A stretch of 64,000 bases of DNA from the NCBI GenBank assembly GCA_040389405.1, contig JAZJZY010000002.1, positions 740,575 to 804,574 on the forward strand, given 5' to 3'. This document shows, one piece after another, positions 29,587-40,636 of the stretch. Position 1 is the first letter of the stretch, and each line of letters opens with the position of its first letter. The position numbers were made by a program, and so were the translations under genes. Below the pieces are notes generated by a model. It was not told the origin of the DNA. It was given only the letters and a program-made list of their open reading frames with translations, and searched no databases. The DNA comes from Pseudomonadota bacterium. Lineage in GTDB: Bacteria > Pseudomonadota > Alphaproteobacteria > Micropepsales > Micropepsaceae.

Positions 29587-30261
29587 ATGGCCGCCGAGAC
29601 CAAGCCGCTGATGCCCAAAGCCACTGCCGTCTGGCTGGTGGACAATACCGGGCTGACCTTCGAGCAGATCGCGGATTTCTGTGGCCTGCACCCGCTGGAA
29701 GTGAAGGGCATCGCCGACGAGGATGTGGCCAAAGGCATCAAGGGCATGGACCCGGTGACATCCGGCCAGCTCACCCGCGAACAGATCGAGGAAGCGGAGA
29801 AGAACCCCAAGATCCGGCTCAAGATGGCCGCGCCCAAGCACAAGATGCCGAATGTGCGCCTGAAGCGCGCTCCGCGTTACACGCCGGTGTCCAAGCGCCA
29901 GGACAAGCCCGATGCGGTCTATTGGATCATCCGCAACCATCCGGAATTCGCCGACGCCGACATCATCAAGTTGATCGGCACCACCAAGGCGACCATTCAG
30001 AAGATCCGCGAGCGTTCGCACTGGAACGCCACCAACATCAAGGCCGTCGATCCAGTGACCCTGGGCCTCTGCTCGCAGCTGGAACTGGATCTGGCCGTGA
30101 CCCGCGCCGCCGCCAAGCATGAACGGGCCCAGAAGCGCGCCGCCAAAAAGGGCGCGACCTTGAAGTCGGTCAATGAAAGCCTGGCACCGGCCGTGGCAGC
30201 GCCAGAAACACCGCCGGACGGCGATGAGTGGAAACTGTCCAGCGAGCTGGAACAGGATTGA
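29587..30261 (+). CDS. trcR: DUF1013 protein (cell-cycle transcriptional regulator TrcR-like)
   Basis: PLMPKATAVWLVDNTGLTFEQIADFCGLHPLEVKGIADEDVAKGIKGMDPVTSGQLTREQIEEAE, a DUF1013 signature as recalled. Confidence 0.7.
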   Translation: MAAETKPLMPKATAVWLVDNTGLTFEQIADFCGLHPLEVKGIADEDVAKGIKGMDPVTSGQLTREQIEEAEKNPKIRLKMAAPKHKMPNVRLKRAPRYTPVSKRQDKPDAVYWIIRNHPEFADADIIKLIGTTKATIQKIRERSHWNATNIKAVDPVTLGLCSQLELDLAVTRAAAKHERAQKRAAKKGATLKSVNESLAPAVAAPETPPDGDEWKLSSELEQD

Positions 30262-30266
30262 TCGCG

Positions 30267-30872
30267 TTATAGGTAGCGTAGGGCGACAAAGCCCAGCACG
30301 ACCAAGACAAGAAACGCGACCATCGCCACTTCGAGATATTTGTCGAGCAGCTCTTTGGCTTGCGCGCCGAAGAAGTGCACCAGCAATCCTTCCAGCACGA
30401 TGAAGCGCAAGGATCGCGTCACCGCCGAATAGAGCATGAACAGGAAGAACGGCACGCCCGCCAGGCCCGAGGCGATGGTGACGATTTTGTACGGCACTGG
30501 CGTCAAACCCTGGACCACGATCAGGTAGGCGCTCTCGCTGTAGCGCTGGCGCAGATTCTCCACCTGCTCCAGCGGAATATGCAGCACGCCGATCAGCCAC
30601 ACCCCCGCCGTGTTCCAGAACAACGCCCCGATGGCATAGCCCATCATGCCGCCCATGACCGACCAGAAGGCGCACCAGGCCGCCAGCCGGAAAGCGCGGC
30701 GGCGATCGGCCAGCATCATCGGCAGCAGCATCACGTCCGGCGGGATGGGGAAAAATGACGCTTCTGCGAAAGCAAAAGCCGCCAACGCCCACCAGGCATT
30801 GCGGCCCTGAGATTTGGTCAGCATCCAGGCATAAAGGGCGCGCAGGCCCCGCGGTTTGGCGGCATCCGACAT
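30267..30872 (-). CDS. YqaA/DedA-type (SNARE-associated) membrane protein
   Basis: WWALAAFAFAEASFFPIPPDVMLLPM motif and about 5 TM segments. Confidence 0.75.
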   Translation of the reverse strand: MSDAAKPRGLRALYAWMLTKSQGRNAWWALAAFAFAEASFFPIPPDVMLLPMMLADRRRAFRLAAWCAFWSVMGGMMGYAIGALFWNTAGVWLIGVLHIPLEQVENLRQRYSESAYLIVVQGLTPVPYKIVTIASGLAGVPFFLFMLYSAVTRSLRFIVLEGLLVHFFGAQAKELLDKYLEVAMVAFLVLVVLGFVALRYL

Positions 30873-31145
30873 GCAAGCCTTCTAAGCAAGCCCGGCAGAC
30901 CTGTCCAATCTTGCCGTTTGAAAGCCCTTTCACTAGCGTGCCGGGCCATGGCCAGACCGACCAAGCGCGCGAAGAAAAAGACCGGCCCGGCGAAAAAGCG
31001 TCCGGTCAAAAAAACGCGTGCCGCCAAGACGGCTAAGCCCACCAAGAAAACGGTCCGCAAACAAGCGGCCAAACCGGCCCCCAAGCCAGCGCAACGGCTG
31101 GCGCCATCGCGGGTTCGCAGCAAGCGGCAATTGCGTCCGACGCCG

Positions 31146-32780
31146 ATGCGGCCACGACAAAGGCCACGCAGCGCCTATGACGAGCTGCCCCGCACGCCGG
31201 CCAACTTCCAACCCCTGACACCGCTCACCTTGCTGGAACGCGCCGCCGCCGTCTTTCCCGATCATATCGCGGTGATCCATGGCAAGCAGCGCACGAATTA
31301 TGCGGACTTCTATCGCCGCTGCCGCCAGTTGGCTTCGGCGCTGGCGGCGCATGGCATCGGCAAGAACGATACGGTGGCGGCGGTGCTGGCCAATACGCCT
31401 GCCATGCTGGAAGCCCATTACGGCGTGCCGATGGCGGGCGGCGTTCTGAACGCGATCAACACGCGGCTCGATCCGGTATCGATCGCCTATATGCTGGAAC
31501 ATGGCGACGCCAAGATCCTGATCACCGACCGCGAATTTTCCGCCGCGGTGGGTGAAGCCCTGAAGCTGGTCAAGCATCCGCCGCTGGTGATCGATTATGA
31601 CGATCCGGAATTTGCCCAAGATGGCGCGCGGCTGGGCGAAGATTATGAAACGTTCGTTGCCGAGGGCGATCCGGAATTTGCCTGGATCATGCCCACCGAC
31701 GAATGGGACGCCATCTCGCTCAACTACACCTCCGGTACCACCGGCAATCCCAAGGGCGTGGTCTATCATCATCGCGGCGCCGCGATGATGGGTTACAGCA
31801 ACATCCTGGCCGGCAATATGGGCCGCCATCCGGTGCTGCTGTGGACCTTGCCCATGTTCCATTGCAATGGCTGGTGCTTTCCCTGGACCCTGTCAGTCAA
31901 TGCGGGCACCCATGTCTGCCTGCGCTGGGTGCGGGCCGGCGCCATCTACAAAGCCATCGCGGAGTATGGTGTCTCTCATCTTTGCGGCGCGCCTATCGTG
32001 ATGTCGACCTTGCTGGATGCGCAGCCGGATGAAATCCGTGACTTCTCCCAGCGCGTCACCTTCCTGGTCGCCGCCGCGCCGCCGCCGGAATCCGTGCTGG
32101 CGGCAATGGCGGACGCCGGCTTCGACATTGTGCATGTCTATGGCCTGACGGAAGTCTATGGCCCGGCGGTGGTGAATGAATGGCATGAAGCGTGGGATGC
32201 GCTGGATGGTCCCGCCCGCGCCAAGCGCCAGGCACGCCAGGGGGTGCGTTATCACGCGCTGGAAGGCCTTGCCGTGATGGATCCGCAAACGATGGAACCG
32301 TTGCCGCCCGACACCTTGGGAGAAGTGATGTTCCGCGGCAATGTGGTGATGAAAGGCTATCTGAAGAATCCCGACGCCACACGCGCCGCTTTCGCGGGCG
32401 GCTGGTTTCATTCCGGCGATCTGGGCGTGATCTATCCCGACGGTTATATCCAGCTCAAGGACCGCTCCAAGGACATCATCATTTCGGGTGGCGAAAATAT
32501 TTCCTCCATCGAGATCGAGAATGTTCTGACCCGCCATCCCGCCGTGCAATTCGCCGCCGTGGTCGCCAAGGCGGATGCGAAATGGGGCGAGACGCCTTGC
32601 GCCTTTGTCGAGAAGCGGCGCGGCCATGACGCGGTGACGGAGGAGGATATTCTCGCTTTCTGCCGTCAGCATCTGGCCAAGTTCAAAGCGCCGCGCTTTC
32701 TGGTCTTCGCGGAACTGCCCAAGACCAGCACCGGTAAGATTCAGAAGTTCGCCCTGCGCGAACGCGCCAACGCATTATGA
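31146..32780 (+). CDS. AMP-dependent acyl-CoA synthetase/ligase
   Basis: LNYTSGTTGNPKGV AMP-binding motif, YGLTE, GWFHSGDLG, and a PKTSTGKIQK C-terminus. ATG 31146 gives a family-typical N-terminus. The frame stays open upstream to 30918 (see finding). Confidence 0.9.
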   Translation: MRPRQRPRSAYDELPRTPANFQPLTPLTLLERAAAVFPDHIAVIHGKQRTNYADFYRRCRQLASALAAHGIGKNDTVAAVLANTPAMLEAHYGVPMAGGVLNAINTRLDPVSIAYMLEHGDAKILITDREFSAAVGEALKLVKHPPLVIDYDDPEFAQDGARLGEDYETFVAEGDPEFAWIMPTDEWDAISLNYTSGTTGNPKGVVYHHRGAAMMGYSNILAGNMGRHPVLLWTLPMFHCNGWCFPWTLSVNAGTHVCLRWVRAGAIYKAIAEYGVSHLCGAPIVMSTLLDAQPDEIRDFSQRVTFLVAAAPPPESVLAAMADAGFDIVHVYGLTEVYGPAVVNEWHEAWDALDGPARAKRQARQGVRYHALEGLAVMDPQTMEPLPPDTLGEVMFRGNVVMKGYLKNPDATRAAFAGGWFHSGDLGVIYPDGYIQLKDRSKDIIISGGENISSIEIENVLTRHPAVQFAAVVAKADAKWGETPCAFVEKRRGHDAVTEEDILAFCRQHLAKFKAPRFLVFAELPKTSTGKIQKFALRERANAL

Positions 32781-34000
32781 CCGTCGAGATCAAGGCGGGA
32801 CGCGCCGCCCTGACCTTCATCTTCCTCACCATGCTGATCGACACGATCGGCCTTGGCATCATCATTCCCGTTTCCCCCGGACTGATCGCGCAGCTGACGC
32901 ATCAGGATCTGTCGGGTGCGGCGCGCTGGGGCGGCTGGCTGTTCTTCTCCTATGCGCTGATGCAGTTTCTATGCGCGCCCTTGATCGGCAATCTGTCCGA
33001 CCGTTACGGCCGGCGCCCGGTGCTGATCCTGTCCCTGGGCATGCTGGGCGTGGATTATCTGATCACGGGACTTTCCCCCACCATCGCCTGGCTGTTCATC
33101 GGCCGCATTCTTTCGGGGATGGCAGGGGCGGCTTATTCGACCGCCAACGCCTATATCGCCGACATTTCGCCGCCGGAAAAACGCGCCGCCAATTTCGGCC
33201 TGGTGGGCGCGGCGTTCGGTGTGGGCTTTGTGCTAGGCCCGGCGTTGGGCGGATTTGTCGGCGAGCATTTCGGCCTGCGTGCCCCTTTCTATGTCGCCGC
33301 CGGACTTTCCTTTGCCAATGCCCTGTTCGGCCTCATCGTGCTGAAGGAATCACTGCCACCGGAACGGCGCAGAAAATTCGAGATCTGGCGCGCCAATCCG
33401 TTGGGCTCCTTAAAAGCACTGGCCCGCTTTCCGCAGCTTTCGTTTCTGCTGGCCGTTCTGGTGCTGGTGCAGTTCGCGCACGATTCCCTGCCCTCGACCT
33501 GGAGCTATTACACCATGCTGAAATTCGGCTGGGGCCCGGGCGATGTTGCCTGGTCGCTGGTGGCGGTCGGCGTGTTGACGGCCTTTTCCTTCGGTGTGCT
33601 GCCAAGACTTGTGGTGCCCCGCATCGGCGAACGCGGCGCCGTCTATGTGGGATTTGTCTTCGGAACGATCGCGTATCTGGGTTATGCGCTCGCGACCAAA
33701 ACCTGGATGTTCTACGCCTGGATGATCCCGTTCACTTTGGGCGGCGTCGGCGGTCCGGCGCTCAATGCCATCATGTCCCACAGCGTGCCGGCCGACGAGC
33801 AGGGTGAATTACAGGGCGCGACCTCCAGCGTCACCAGCCTGACATCGGTGATCGCGATGTGGGCCATGCCCACGCTATTTGCGTGGTTCACCGGCAAAGG
33901 CGCGCCAATTCATTTTCCGGGCGCGGCTTTCTTCGCGGCGGCAATCTGTGAACTTGGCGCGTTGCTGTTGTTCGCGCGCGCGATGCGGCGCGGACGATGA
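32777..34000 (+). CDS. MFS transporter (Tet/TCR-like 12-TM efflux family)
   Basis: [38 protein letters not shown] motif; ATGA overlap with the synthetase stop. Confidence 0.88.
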   Translation: MTVEIKAGRAALTFIFLTMLIDTIGLGIIIPVSPGLIAQLTHQDLSGAARWGGWLFFSYALMQFLCAPLIGNLSDRYGRRPVLILSLGMLGVDYLITGLSPTIAWLFIGRILSGMAGAAYSTANAYIADISPPEKRAANFGLVGAAFGVGFVLGPALGGFVGEHFGLRAPFYVAAGLSFANALFGLIVLKESLPPERRRKFEIWRANPLGSLKALARFPQLSFLLAVLVLVQFAHDSLPSTWSYYTMLKFGWGPGDVAWSLVAVGVLTAFSFGVLPRLVVPRIGERGAVYVGFVFGTIAYLGYALATKTWMFYAWMIPFTLGGVGGPALNAIMSHSVPADEQGELQGATSSVTSLTSVIAMWAMPTLFAWFTGKGAPIHFPGAAFFAAAICELGALLLFARAMRRGR

Positions 34001-34171
34001 CTAATGAACGTCTCTTAACCGTTCCAATTCATCTTTGATTCGGAGTTTTTGTTTTTTTAACGCTGCCACCCGGGCTTCATCCCAATCGGGGTGCCTCATT
34101 TCGGTGGCGATGATTTCTTCCAGTTTCTTGTGCTGAACAGCGAGATTCTCGATCTGTCCTTCGCCTTCCAT
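34001..34171 (-). CDS. DUF465 (YdcH-like) small protein
   Basis: Not in the ORF track (under 60 aa): MEGEGQIENLAVQHKKLEEIIATEMRHPDWDEARVAALKKQKLRIKDELERLRDVH. GAGGTGA RBS. Confidence 0.65.
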   Translation of the reverse strand: MEGEGQIENLAVQHKKLEEIIATEMRHPDWDEARVAALKKQKLRIKDELERLRDVH

Positions 34172-34290
34172 GCTTTCACCTCGTCGGTTTAGGCACGAAA
34201 ATTAAACCACCAAGCGGGGTGGCTGTCACCTCAAAAAGTTTTGGAACCAAGGCCCTTTCGGGTTGGGCCCGCGGGATGTAAACGAAAGCC

Positions 34291-34920
34291 ATGGGACGGG
34301 CAGCAAATACAGAAAAAACGCCGGAAAGACTGCCAAAGAGGCTGGTCGTCGGACTGTCCGGCGCCTCGGGCGTGATCTATGGCATCCGCCTTCTGGAGGC
34401 TCTCAAGCAATTGAGAATCGAGTCGCATCTGGTGATGACCAAGCCCGCGCAGATAACCATCGCCTATGAAACCGAGATGACGCCCAAACAGGTGGCGGCG
34501 AAGGCGGACCACAGCCACGCGATCGAGGATATCGGTGCGCCCATAGCCAGCGGTAGCTTCAAAACGGGCGGCATGATCGTGGCGCCCTGTTCGGTGCGCA
34601 CCATGAGCGAGATCGCCACCGGCGTGACCACCAATCTTCTCACCCGCAGCGCCGATGTGATGTTGAAGGAACGGCGGCCACTAATCCTGATGGTGCGCGA
34701 GACGCCTTTGCATCTGGGCCATCTGCGCACCATGACCGCGCTGGCGGAAATGGGTGCGATCATCCTGCCGCCGGTGCCCGCTTTTTATACCGAGCCCAAA
34801 ACGCTTTCCGATCTGGTGGACCAGATGGTGGGGCGCGCGCTCGATCTACTGGGTCATGACTGGCCGATGAAACGCTGGGGCGAAGATCTGCCCAAGCCGA
34901 AGCGGGAAAAGCGGCCATGA
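34291..34920 (+). CDS. ubiX: flavin prenyltransferase UbiX
   Basis: LVVGLSGASGVIYGIRLLEAL, MIVAPCSVRTMSEIATG. Confidence 0.92.
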   Translation: MGRAANTEKTPERLPKRLVVGLSGASGVIYGIRLLEALKQLRIESHLVMTKPAQITIAYETEMTPKQVAAKADHSHAIEDIGAPIASGSFKTGGMIVAPCSVRTMSEIATGVTTNLLTRSADVMLKERRPLILMVRETPLHLGHLRTMTALAEMGAIILPPVPAFYTEPKTLSDLVDQMVGRALDLLGHDWPMKRWGEDLPKPKREKRP

Positions 34921-35135
34921 ACAATCAGGTCACGCGTCCCGATGAAGTGGCGGCCCGCGCCAAGCTGGCGACCCTGTCGCAGGAGCATCGCGATCTCGAC
35001 GCCGCGATCGATGCCCTGTGGGCGGCAGGCGGTGGCGATCAACTGGCCTTGTCGCGGCTGAAAAAGCGCAAGCTGCAGCTGAAGGACGAGATCACCGAAA
35101 TCAACAATTCGCTGCTGCCGGACATCATCGCTTAG
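34917..35135 (+). CDS. DUF465 (YdcH-like) small protein
   Basis: LATLSQEHRDLDAAIDAL...LALSRLKKRKLQLKDEI; ATGA overlap with ubiX. Confidence 0.7.
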   Translation: MNNQVTRPDEVAARAKLATLSQEHRDLDAAIDALWAAGGGDQLALSRLKKRKLQLKDEITEINNSLLPDIIA

Positions 35136-35232
35136 GCGGTCTCGCAGGCATCGCTGTCACAAAAATAGTTCTTGCTTCGTTCCATTTGTCGCGCGAGGGT
35201 GCGCGGCGAATTTTTCACATGGGGAGAGAAGC

Positions 35233-35634
35233 ATGACCAAGATCGGATACGTGACCATCGGCGCGCGTGACAGCGATGTGTCGGTGAAATTCTATGACGC
35301 CGTGTTCCAAGCATTGGGCGACGAGCGCAAATTCTCCGAAGGCGGCTGGACCGGTTATGGCGTGCCCAGCGAAGACAAGGGCTTCACCGGCTGCCACACC
35401 ATGCTGTGCAAGCCACATAACGGCAAAGACGCGGTCGGCGGCAACGGCATCATGATTTCGTATCTGGCGCCCAGCGCGGACGCGGTGAAGGCGGCATATG
35501 CCGGCGGCATGGCCAATGGCGGCACCGATGAAGGTGGGCCGGGCTTCCGTCCGCCCGAGGCGACCTCGGGTTTCTATGGCGCCTATCTGCGCGATCCCAC
35601 TGGCAACAAGATCTGCCTTTTCAGCGTCGGCTAA
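35233..35634 (+). CDS. VOC (glyoxalase/bleomycin-resistance/dioxygenase) family protein
   Basis: MTKIGYVTIGARDSDVSVKFYDAVF...FYGAYLRDPTGNKICLF. Confidence 0.75.
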   Translation: MTKIGYVTIGARDSDVSVKFYDAVFQALGDERKFSEGGWTGYGVPSEDKGFTGCHTMLCKPHNGKDAVGGNGIMISYLAPSADAVKAAYAGGMANGGTDEGGPGFRPPEATSGFYGAYLRDPTGNKICLFSVG

Positions 35635-35645
35635 ACGGATCTCAG

Positions 35646-38309
35646 CTAGGCGGGTGCGAGCTCGCCGAGCTTTTTCTCGATTGCGACAAGCGCGGCCTCG
35701 GCATTTCCTGTGTCGGGGCCGCCTGCTTGGGCCATGTCGGGACGGCCACCGCCGCCCTTGCCGCCCAATGCTTCCGCGCCCAGGCGCACCAGATCAACCG
35801 CGCTGATGCGCGAGGTCAGATCGTCGGTCACGCCCACCACCAACGAAACCTTGCCGTCCGCCGCCGCCACAAAGGCGACCACGCCGGAACCGATTTTCGT
35901 CTTGGCGTCGTCGGCCAGGCTCTTCAGATCTTTCGGCGCCACGCCTTCGATACTGCGCAGCACGGTCTTGATGCCGGCGATGGTCTTCATGCCGTCATCG
36001 CCGCCCGACTTGGCAGGGCCGGCCAGGGCCAGCGCCTTCTTGGCGTCGGCCAACTCGCGTTCCAGACGGCGGCGCTCGTCGGACAGAGCTGCAACCCGGC
36101 CCGGCAGATCGCCGGCGTTGGTCTTGAGCGTGGCCGCGGCTTCGCGCGCCAGTTCGGCCTGGTGCGACAGATAACGGCGCGCGCCTTCGGACGTCAGCGC
36201 TTCGATACGGCGCACGCCCGCCGCCACAGCACTTTCGGATAGGATGGCGAAGATGCCGATATCGCCCAAACGGCGCACATGGGTGCCGCCGCACAGTTCC
36301 ACGGAATAAGCCTTGGGATCGGTGAGATCATCGCCCATCGTCAAGACGCGCACTTCGTCGCCGTATTTTTCGCCGAACAAGGCTTCCGCACCGGCGGCAA
36401 TCGCCTGGTCGGTGGGCAACAGCCGCGTCGAAGTATCCGAATTCTGGCGGATGACTTCGTTCACCTGCACTTCGATCCGCTCCAACTCGTCCGGCGTCAC
36501 CGGCTTGGGATGCGAGAAATCGAACCGCAGCCGGTCCGCCGTCACCAGCGAACCTTTCTGGCTGACATGGCCGCCCAGCACACGCTTCAGCGCGGCATGC
36601 AGCAAATGGGTGGCAGAGTGATTGGCGCGGGTGGCGCGCCGCCGCTCGCGGTCCACTTTGAGATCGACGCCATCGCCGACCGACAAGGTGCCGCGCGTGA
36701 CCTCGACCACATGCACATGCATGGAGCCCAGCTTCTTTTGGGTGTCCGAGATCGTGCCGTCTGCCTTGGGCGACAGCATCAGGCCGGTATCGCCCGCCTG
36801 ACCGCCGGACTCCGCATAGAAGGGTGTCTGGTTGGCAAGGACCTGCACCGTCTCGCCGGCAACCGCGCTTTGCACGCGCTGGCCGTCCTTGAAAATGGCA
36901 AGGATCTGACCTTCCGCTTCCTCGGTGTCATAGCCCAAAAATTCGGTGCGCCCGACTTCATCGAAGATGGCGAACCATTGCGCATCGCTGGCCGCTTCGC
37001 CCGAACCGGCCCAGCTGGCCCGCGCATCGGCGCGCTGCTTTTCCATCGCAAAAGTGAACCCATCCTGGTCCACCGCGATGCCGCGCGCACGCAAGGATTC
37101 TTGCGTCAGATCCAGGGGGAAGCCGTACGTATCGTAAAGCTTGAACGCGACATCGCCGGTGAGGCGGTCGCCGTCCTTCATGCCGATGGTCGCTTCGTCC
37201 AGCAGCTTCAACCCGCGCGCCAGGGTTTCGCGGAAACGGATTTCCTCCAGCTTCAGAGTTTCCGTGATCAGGGCCTCGGCGCGTTTCAGTTCCGGATAAG
37301 CGGCGCCCATCTCGGCCACCAGGGTCGGCACCAGACGGTGCATCAAGGGATCTTTGGTTCCCAGGAGATGCGCATGGCGCATGCCGCGGCGCATGATGCG
37401 GCGAAGCACATAGCCGCGCCCTTCGTTGGACGGCAGCACACCGTCGGCAATCAGGAATGACGTCGAGCGCAGATGATCGGCGATGATACGATGGCTGAAC
37501 ACCGCGTCGCCGTCGCTTTTGATGCCGGATGTGTCCACCGACGCGGCGATCAGATGACGGAACAGGTCGGTCTCGAAATTGCTGTGCACGCCCTGGAGCA
37601 CGGTGGAGATGCGCTCCAGCCCCATGCCGGTGTCGATGGAGGGCTTGGGCAGATTGAGCCGGGTCTGTTTGTCGACCTGCTCATACTGCATGAAGACCAG
37701 ATTCCAGACTTCGACGAAACGGTCCCCGTCTTCTTCCGGACTGCCGGGCGGGCCGCCCCAGACGCTGTCGCCATGGTCGTAGAAGATTTCCGAGCAGGGG
37801 CCGCAAGGGCCGGTGTCGCCCATCGACCAGAAATTGGCGCTGGTGCCGATGCGGATGATCCGCTGATCCGGCAGGCCCGCGATCTTGCCCCACAGGCGGA
37901 ACGCCTCATCGTCATCGGCATAGACCGTGACGCTGAGCTTTTCCTTGGGCAGACCCAGATCGCGGGTGAGAAATTCCCAGGCGAACTTGATCGCATCTTC
38001 CTTGAAATAATCGCCGAAGGAGAAATTCCCCAGCATCTCGAAGAACGTCAGGTGGCGGGCGGTGTAGCCGACATTGTCGAGATCATTGTGCTTGCCGCCG
38101 GCGCGGACGCATTTTTGCGACGTGGTCGCGCGAACGTAAGGACGTTTCTCCGCGCCAGTGAAAATATTCTTGAACTGGACCATGCCCGCATTGGTGAACA
38201 GCAGGGTCGGGTCGTTGCGCGGCACCAGCGGCGAGGACGCCACCTTGGCGTGACCGTTGGCGGCGAAATAATCCAGGAAGCTGGAGCGGACGTCGGAGAG
38301 GCTTTTCAT
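35646..38309 (-). CDS. alaS: alanine--tRNA ligase
   Basis: 887 aa; class II motifs ([25 protein letters not shown]), editing HxxxH/CxxxH region ([16 protein letters not shown]), C-terminal DHHA1. Confidence 0.97.
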   Translation of the reverse strand: MKSLSDVRSSFLDYFAANGHAKVASSPLVPRNDPTLLFTNAGMVQFKNIFTGAEKRPYVRATTSQKCVRAGGKHNDLDNVGYTARHLTFFEMLGNFSFGDYFKEDAIKFAWEFLTRDLGLPKEKLSVTVYADDDEAFRLWGKIAGLPDQRIIRIGTSANFWSMGDTGPCGPCSEIFYDHGDSVWGGPPGSPEEDGDRFVEVWNLVFMQYEQVDKQTRLNLPKPSIDTGMGLERISTVLQGVHSNFETDLFRHLIAASVDTSGIKSDGDAVFSHRIIADHLRSTSFLIADGVLPSNEGRGYVLRRIMRRGMRHAHLLGTKDPLMHRLVPTLVAEMGAAYPELKRAEALITETLKLEEIRFRETLARGLKLLDEATIGMKDGDRLTGDVAFKLYDTYGFPLDLTQESLRARGIAVDQDGFTFAMEKQRADARASWAGSGEAASDAQWFAIFDEVGRTEFLGYDTEEAEGQILAIFKDGQRVQSAVAGETVQVLANQTPFYAESGGQAGDTGLMLSPKADGTISDTQKKLGSMHVHVVEVTRGTLSVGDGVDLKVDRERRRATRANHSATHLLHAALKRVLGGHVSQKGSLVTADRLRFDFSHPKPVTPDELERIEVQVNEVIRQNSDTSTRLLPTDQAIAAGAEALFGEKYGDEVRVLTMGDDLTDPKAYSVELCGGTHVRRLGDIGIFAILSESAVAAGVRRIEALTSEGARRYLSHQAELAREAAATLKTNAGDLPGRVAALSDERRRLERELADAKKALALAGPAKSGGDDGMKTIAGIKTVLRSIEGVAPKDLKSLADDAKTKIGSGVVAFVAAADGKVSLVVGVTDDLTSRISAVDLVRLGAEALGGKGGGGRPDMAQAGGPDTGNAEAALVAIEKKLGELAPA

Positions 38310-38391
38310 GGGTTTAGCTTGTAGCGGGCGGCCTAAATCTTGTCATCCCAAAGAGCGGCATAGCCGTCCCGCCCGCCAGACCGGCCGTCTG

Positions 38392-38423
38392 AAAAACAGA
38401 AGGCGCCCCCTTGCGGGAGCGCC
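38392..38423 (-). terminator. second (downstream) rho-independent terminator after recA
   Basis: The minus strand forms an imperfect GGCGC-CCC/GGG-GCGCC hairpin followed by UCUGUUUUUC. Shares an identical 18-mer with the first terminator. Confidence 0.6.
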
Positions 38424-38454
38424 AGGAGCGTCGGCGAAAGCCGGAGCGACCAAT

Positions 38455-38492
38455 AAAAAACAGAAGGCGCCCCGTTTCCGGGGCGCCTTCTG
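38455..38492 (-). terminator. rho-independent terminator of recA
   Basis: 13-bp perfect stem CAGAAGGCGCCCC/GGGGCGCCTTCTG followed by UUUUUU on the minus strand, 58 nt after the recA stop. Confidence 0.88.
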
Positions 38493-38549
38493 CCGAGGAG
38501 CCAAATCCGACTGCGAAACGGATATGACTCGAACTGGTCAGGCCGAAGC

Positions 38550-39629
<1,080 letters not shown>

Positions 39630-39772
39630 CGCTGTCTCCCGGTTATTTCACAGCGCCGGGCGATCCCCAAGTGAATCTCAAGCGACACTGCAATGCATGG
39701 AAAGTACATGCTTTGTTCTCATTTGCAAGACACTGGCTAAAGCTATGTTATGGCTTCTGAATACAAGATATT

Positions 39773-39787
39773 GTTCCTAACCTGTTC
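39773..39787. promoter_or_regulatory. alphaproteobacterial LexA (SOS) box
   Basis: GTTC-CTAACCT-GTTC, exact GTTC-N7-GTTC, about 145 nt upstream of the recA start. Confidence 0.6.
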
Positions 39788-39908
39788 TCGTAAGGGAACT
39801 TTCGGCGGATACAACCTGGAATCGACAAGCCGGGCCTCCTTTTGACCCCTGATTCCCCGAGGCGCAGGAAGGGGTATCGCGGGCCCGTCGATGGGATAGA
39901 TTCGGGGC

Positions 39909-40241
39909 ATGGGTCATCTCTTTTCCTATGGGACGTTGCAGCAGCCCGGCGTGCAGATGGCGTCCTTCGGGCGGCTGCTGAAAGGCACGCCCGACGCCCT
40001 GCCCGGCTGGAAACGGGAGATGGTGGAAATAACGGATGCGGAAGTCTTCGCGCAAAGCGGCGAACGGTTTCATCCCATCGTGGTGCCGGGCGAAGCGGGC
40101 GACGAAGTGCCCGGCATGGTGTTCGAGGTCACCGAGCAGGACCTCGCGGCGACCGACCGCTATGAAGTCGCCAATTACAAACGCATCGCCGTGCGGCTGA
40201 AGTCCGGAATCGAAGCCTGGGCGTACGTCTGCGCAGGCTGA
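39909..40241 (+). CDS. gamma-glutamylcyclotransferase (AIG2/GGACT-like) family protein
   Basis: MGHLFSYGTLQQPGVQ...; about 110 aa, typical fold length. Confidence 0.7.
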   Translation: MGHLFSYGTLQQPGVQMASFGRLLKGTPDALPGWKREMVEITDAEVFAQSGERFHPIVVPGEAGDEVPGMVFEVTEQDLAATDRYEVANYKRIAVRLKSGIEAWAYVCAG

Positions 40242-40278
40242 CGGAGCATCAGGCGCGCGTCCCGACCAGGCGCGACAA

Positions 40279-40596
40279 TCACTGCGGCGCGGTGTTGCCG
40301 AAGATCGTCACGCATTGCTGAAAGCTGCGCGTGAAAATGCCTTGCTGGGTGGCGGCGTCGAAGGAGTTTCGTTCCGAATCCTGCCGGGCCACGGCTGCGC
40401 AGAAGGCATTGCCTCCCGCAGCCTGCGCCGTCTGCGCGGGTGCGGGAACAGCCTGGGCCACCATCGGTGGCGGCGCAGGTTCGGCGTCCTGGGAATCGTC
40501 CAAACCCACGAAACTCATGGAATGCGACCAGTCGGTATCGGAACAAGCGCTGAGCGCGAACGACGCGGCGAGTGCGAAGGCGAGGCGAATTTTCAT
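40279..40596 (-). CDS. small lipoprotein (hypothetical)
   Basis: MKIRLAFALAASFALSAC lipobox at ATG 40596; the ORF-track start 40764 would overlap cckA. Confidence 0.6.
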   Translation of the reverse strand: MKIRLAFALAASFALSACSDTDWSHSMSFVGLDDSQDAEPAPPPMVAQAVPAPAQTAQAAGGNAFCAAVARQDSERNSFDAATQQGIFTRSFQQCVTIFGNTAPQ

Positions 40597-40636
40597 GGGC
40601 GCGAATGTAGCGGTCCCCGGAAAAGGCGCAAGCCGG

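Noticed and set aside
38392-38473. Repeated 18-mers and other short spacer repeats, checked as a possible CRISPR array.
   Set aside because: There are only two copies, they form part of terminator hairpins, and there are no cas genes or regular repeat-spacer periodicity anywhere in the window.
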